From Azolla caroliniana (lineage: Eukaryota > Plantae > Polypodiophyta), in assembly GCA_043228905.1 (NCBI GenBank), contig JBHGNT010000022.1:10416001-10480000 (forward strand): 64,000 nt of DNA, written 5' to 3'. Both the position numbers and the translations under genes were made by a program. The notes below the pieces were generated by a model. The model was not told where the DNA came from, did no database searches, and saw nothing but the letters and a program-made list of their open reading frames with translations. This document shows, piece after piece, positions 63,401-64,000 of this stretch; the first letter of the stretch is position 1, and each line of letters begins with the position of its first letter.

Positions 63401-64000
63401 ACAAACATCTTTAGCAAGAGCTTTAGCAGCTTTACGAACCTCTTGAGAATTTAGTGGTTGTAAAAGAAAATCTACCGGTTGTACATACACCCTATTATGA
63501 ATGCTTGACCATATGATGTCCCTTTTAATCAAATCATCTGTAGAAAAAGATCTAGCTTTCAACAAAGACTCATAATAATTAGAGGCTATTTGCCTCATCT
63601 GACTAGAATCCATGGTATAAGAGTTGTCATGACATTTTAACTGGGAAATCCGAACAGTTGTCTTATGATGATTATGCACTGCAAAGAACAGTTTATTGAC
63701 TTTATCTCCCAACTTTGCCCATGTAGACGATATATTATGATAATTAAAATCCACTAAAATCTTTTGTAATTCCAATATCTGGTTCCCTAATTGTATCACT
63801 CGGGAATTTAGATACCGCGGATATGGTCTTCTCTCTTGCAGATGTTGCAAGGATCTCAATCCCCTACGAAGTCTTCCTATTTTAGTACAAGACTTATAAA
63901 ATACTTGTTTAGCTTTACAGTGAAAAAATTGTTGTGTTTCGCTAATTTCCTTTTGAACACTAGATAATGCATAATCATATGAGTAATCATATTTATTCCA
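60500..64000 (-). mobile_element. LINE (L1-like) ORF2: RT domain and zf-RVT, disrupted, running off the window end
   Basis: WRPITLLNVIYRILA, QTGFMQERSI, LDFEKAYDRVDW, RQGCPLAP, FADDTT (~62700), CIMCGFVRESLHHVFWEC. Confidence 0.93.

Overview
Repeat-dense land-plant nuclear DNA. A fern or other non-seed plant is my inference from the TE families and the PLS-type PPR relic. Most of the window is nested, mostly decayed Ty1/copia and Ty3/gypsy LTR retrotransposons, two LINE fragments, a broken malectin-LRR receptor-kinase gene and a PPR pseudogene. The standout is a ~8 kb block at about 12.0-20.7 kb that interrupts a gypsy gag-pol. It carries two divergently oriented genes. One is a ~926-codon DDD-type (Sola-like/DUF7869-like) transposase with a C-terminal BAH/Tudor-like module. 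The other is a spliced gene (4 well-supported GT-AG introns plus 1 tentative) encoding a ParB/Srx-fold domain fused to a prokaryote-type beta-class amino (N6-adenine/N4-cytosine) DNA methyltransferase. Six 25-bp palindromes at an exact 51-bp period lie directly upstream of the ParB exon. Both genes carry premature stops explainable by single transitions, so this copy is probably dead but recently so. Other notable items are a young gag+protease-only LTR element with tRNA-like boxes in its LTRs and a 4-bp ACGT target duplication, and a near-intact copia with a chimeric 5' LTR. All assignments come from reading motifs by eye; no database searches were run.
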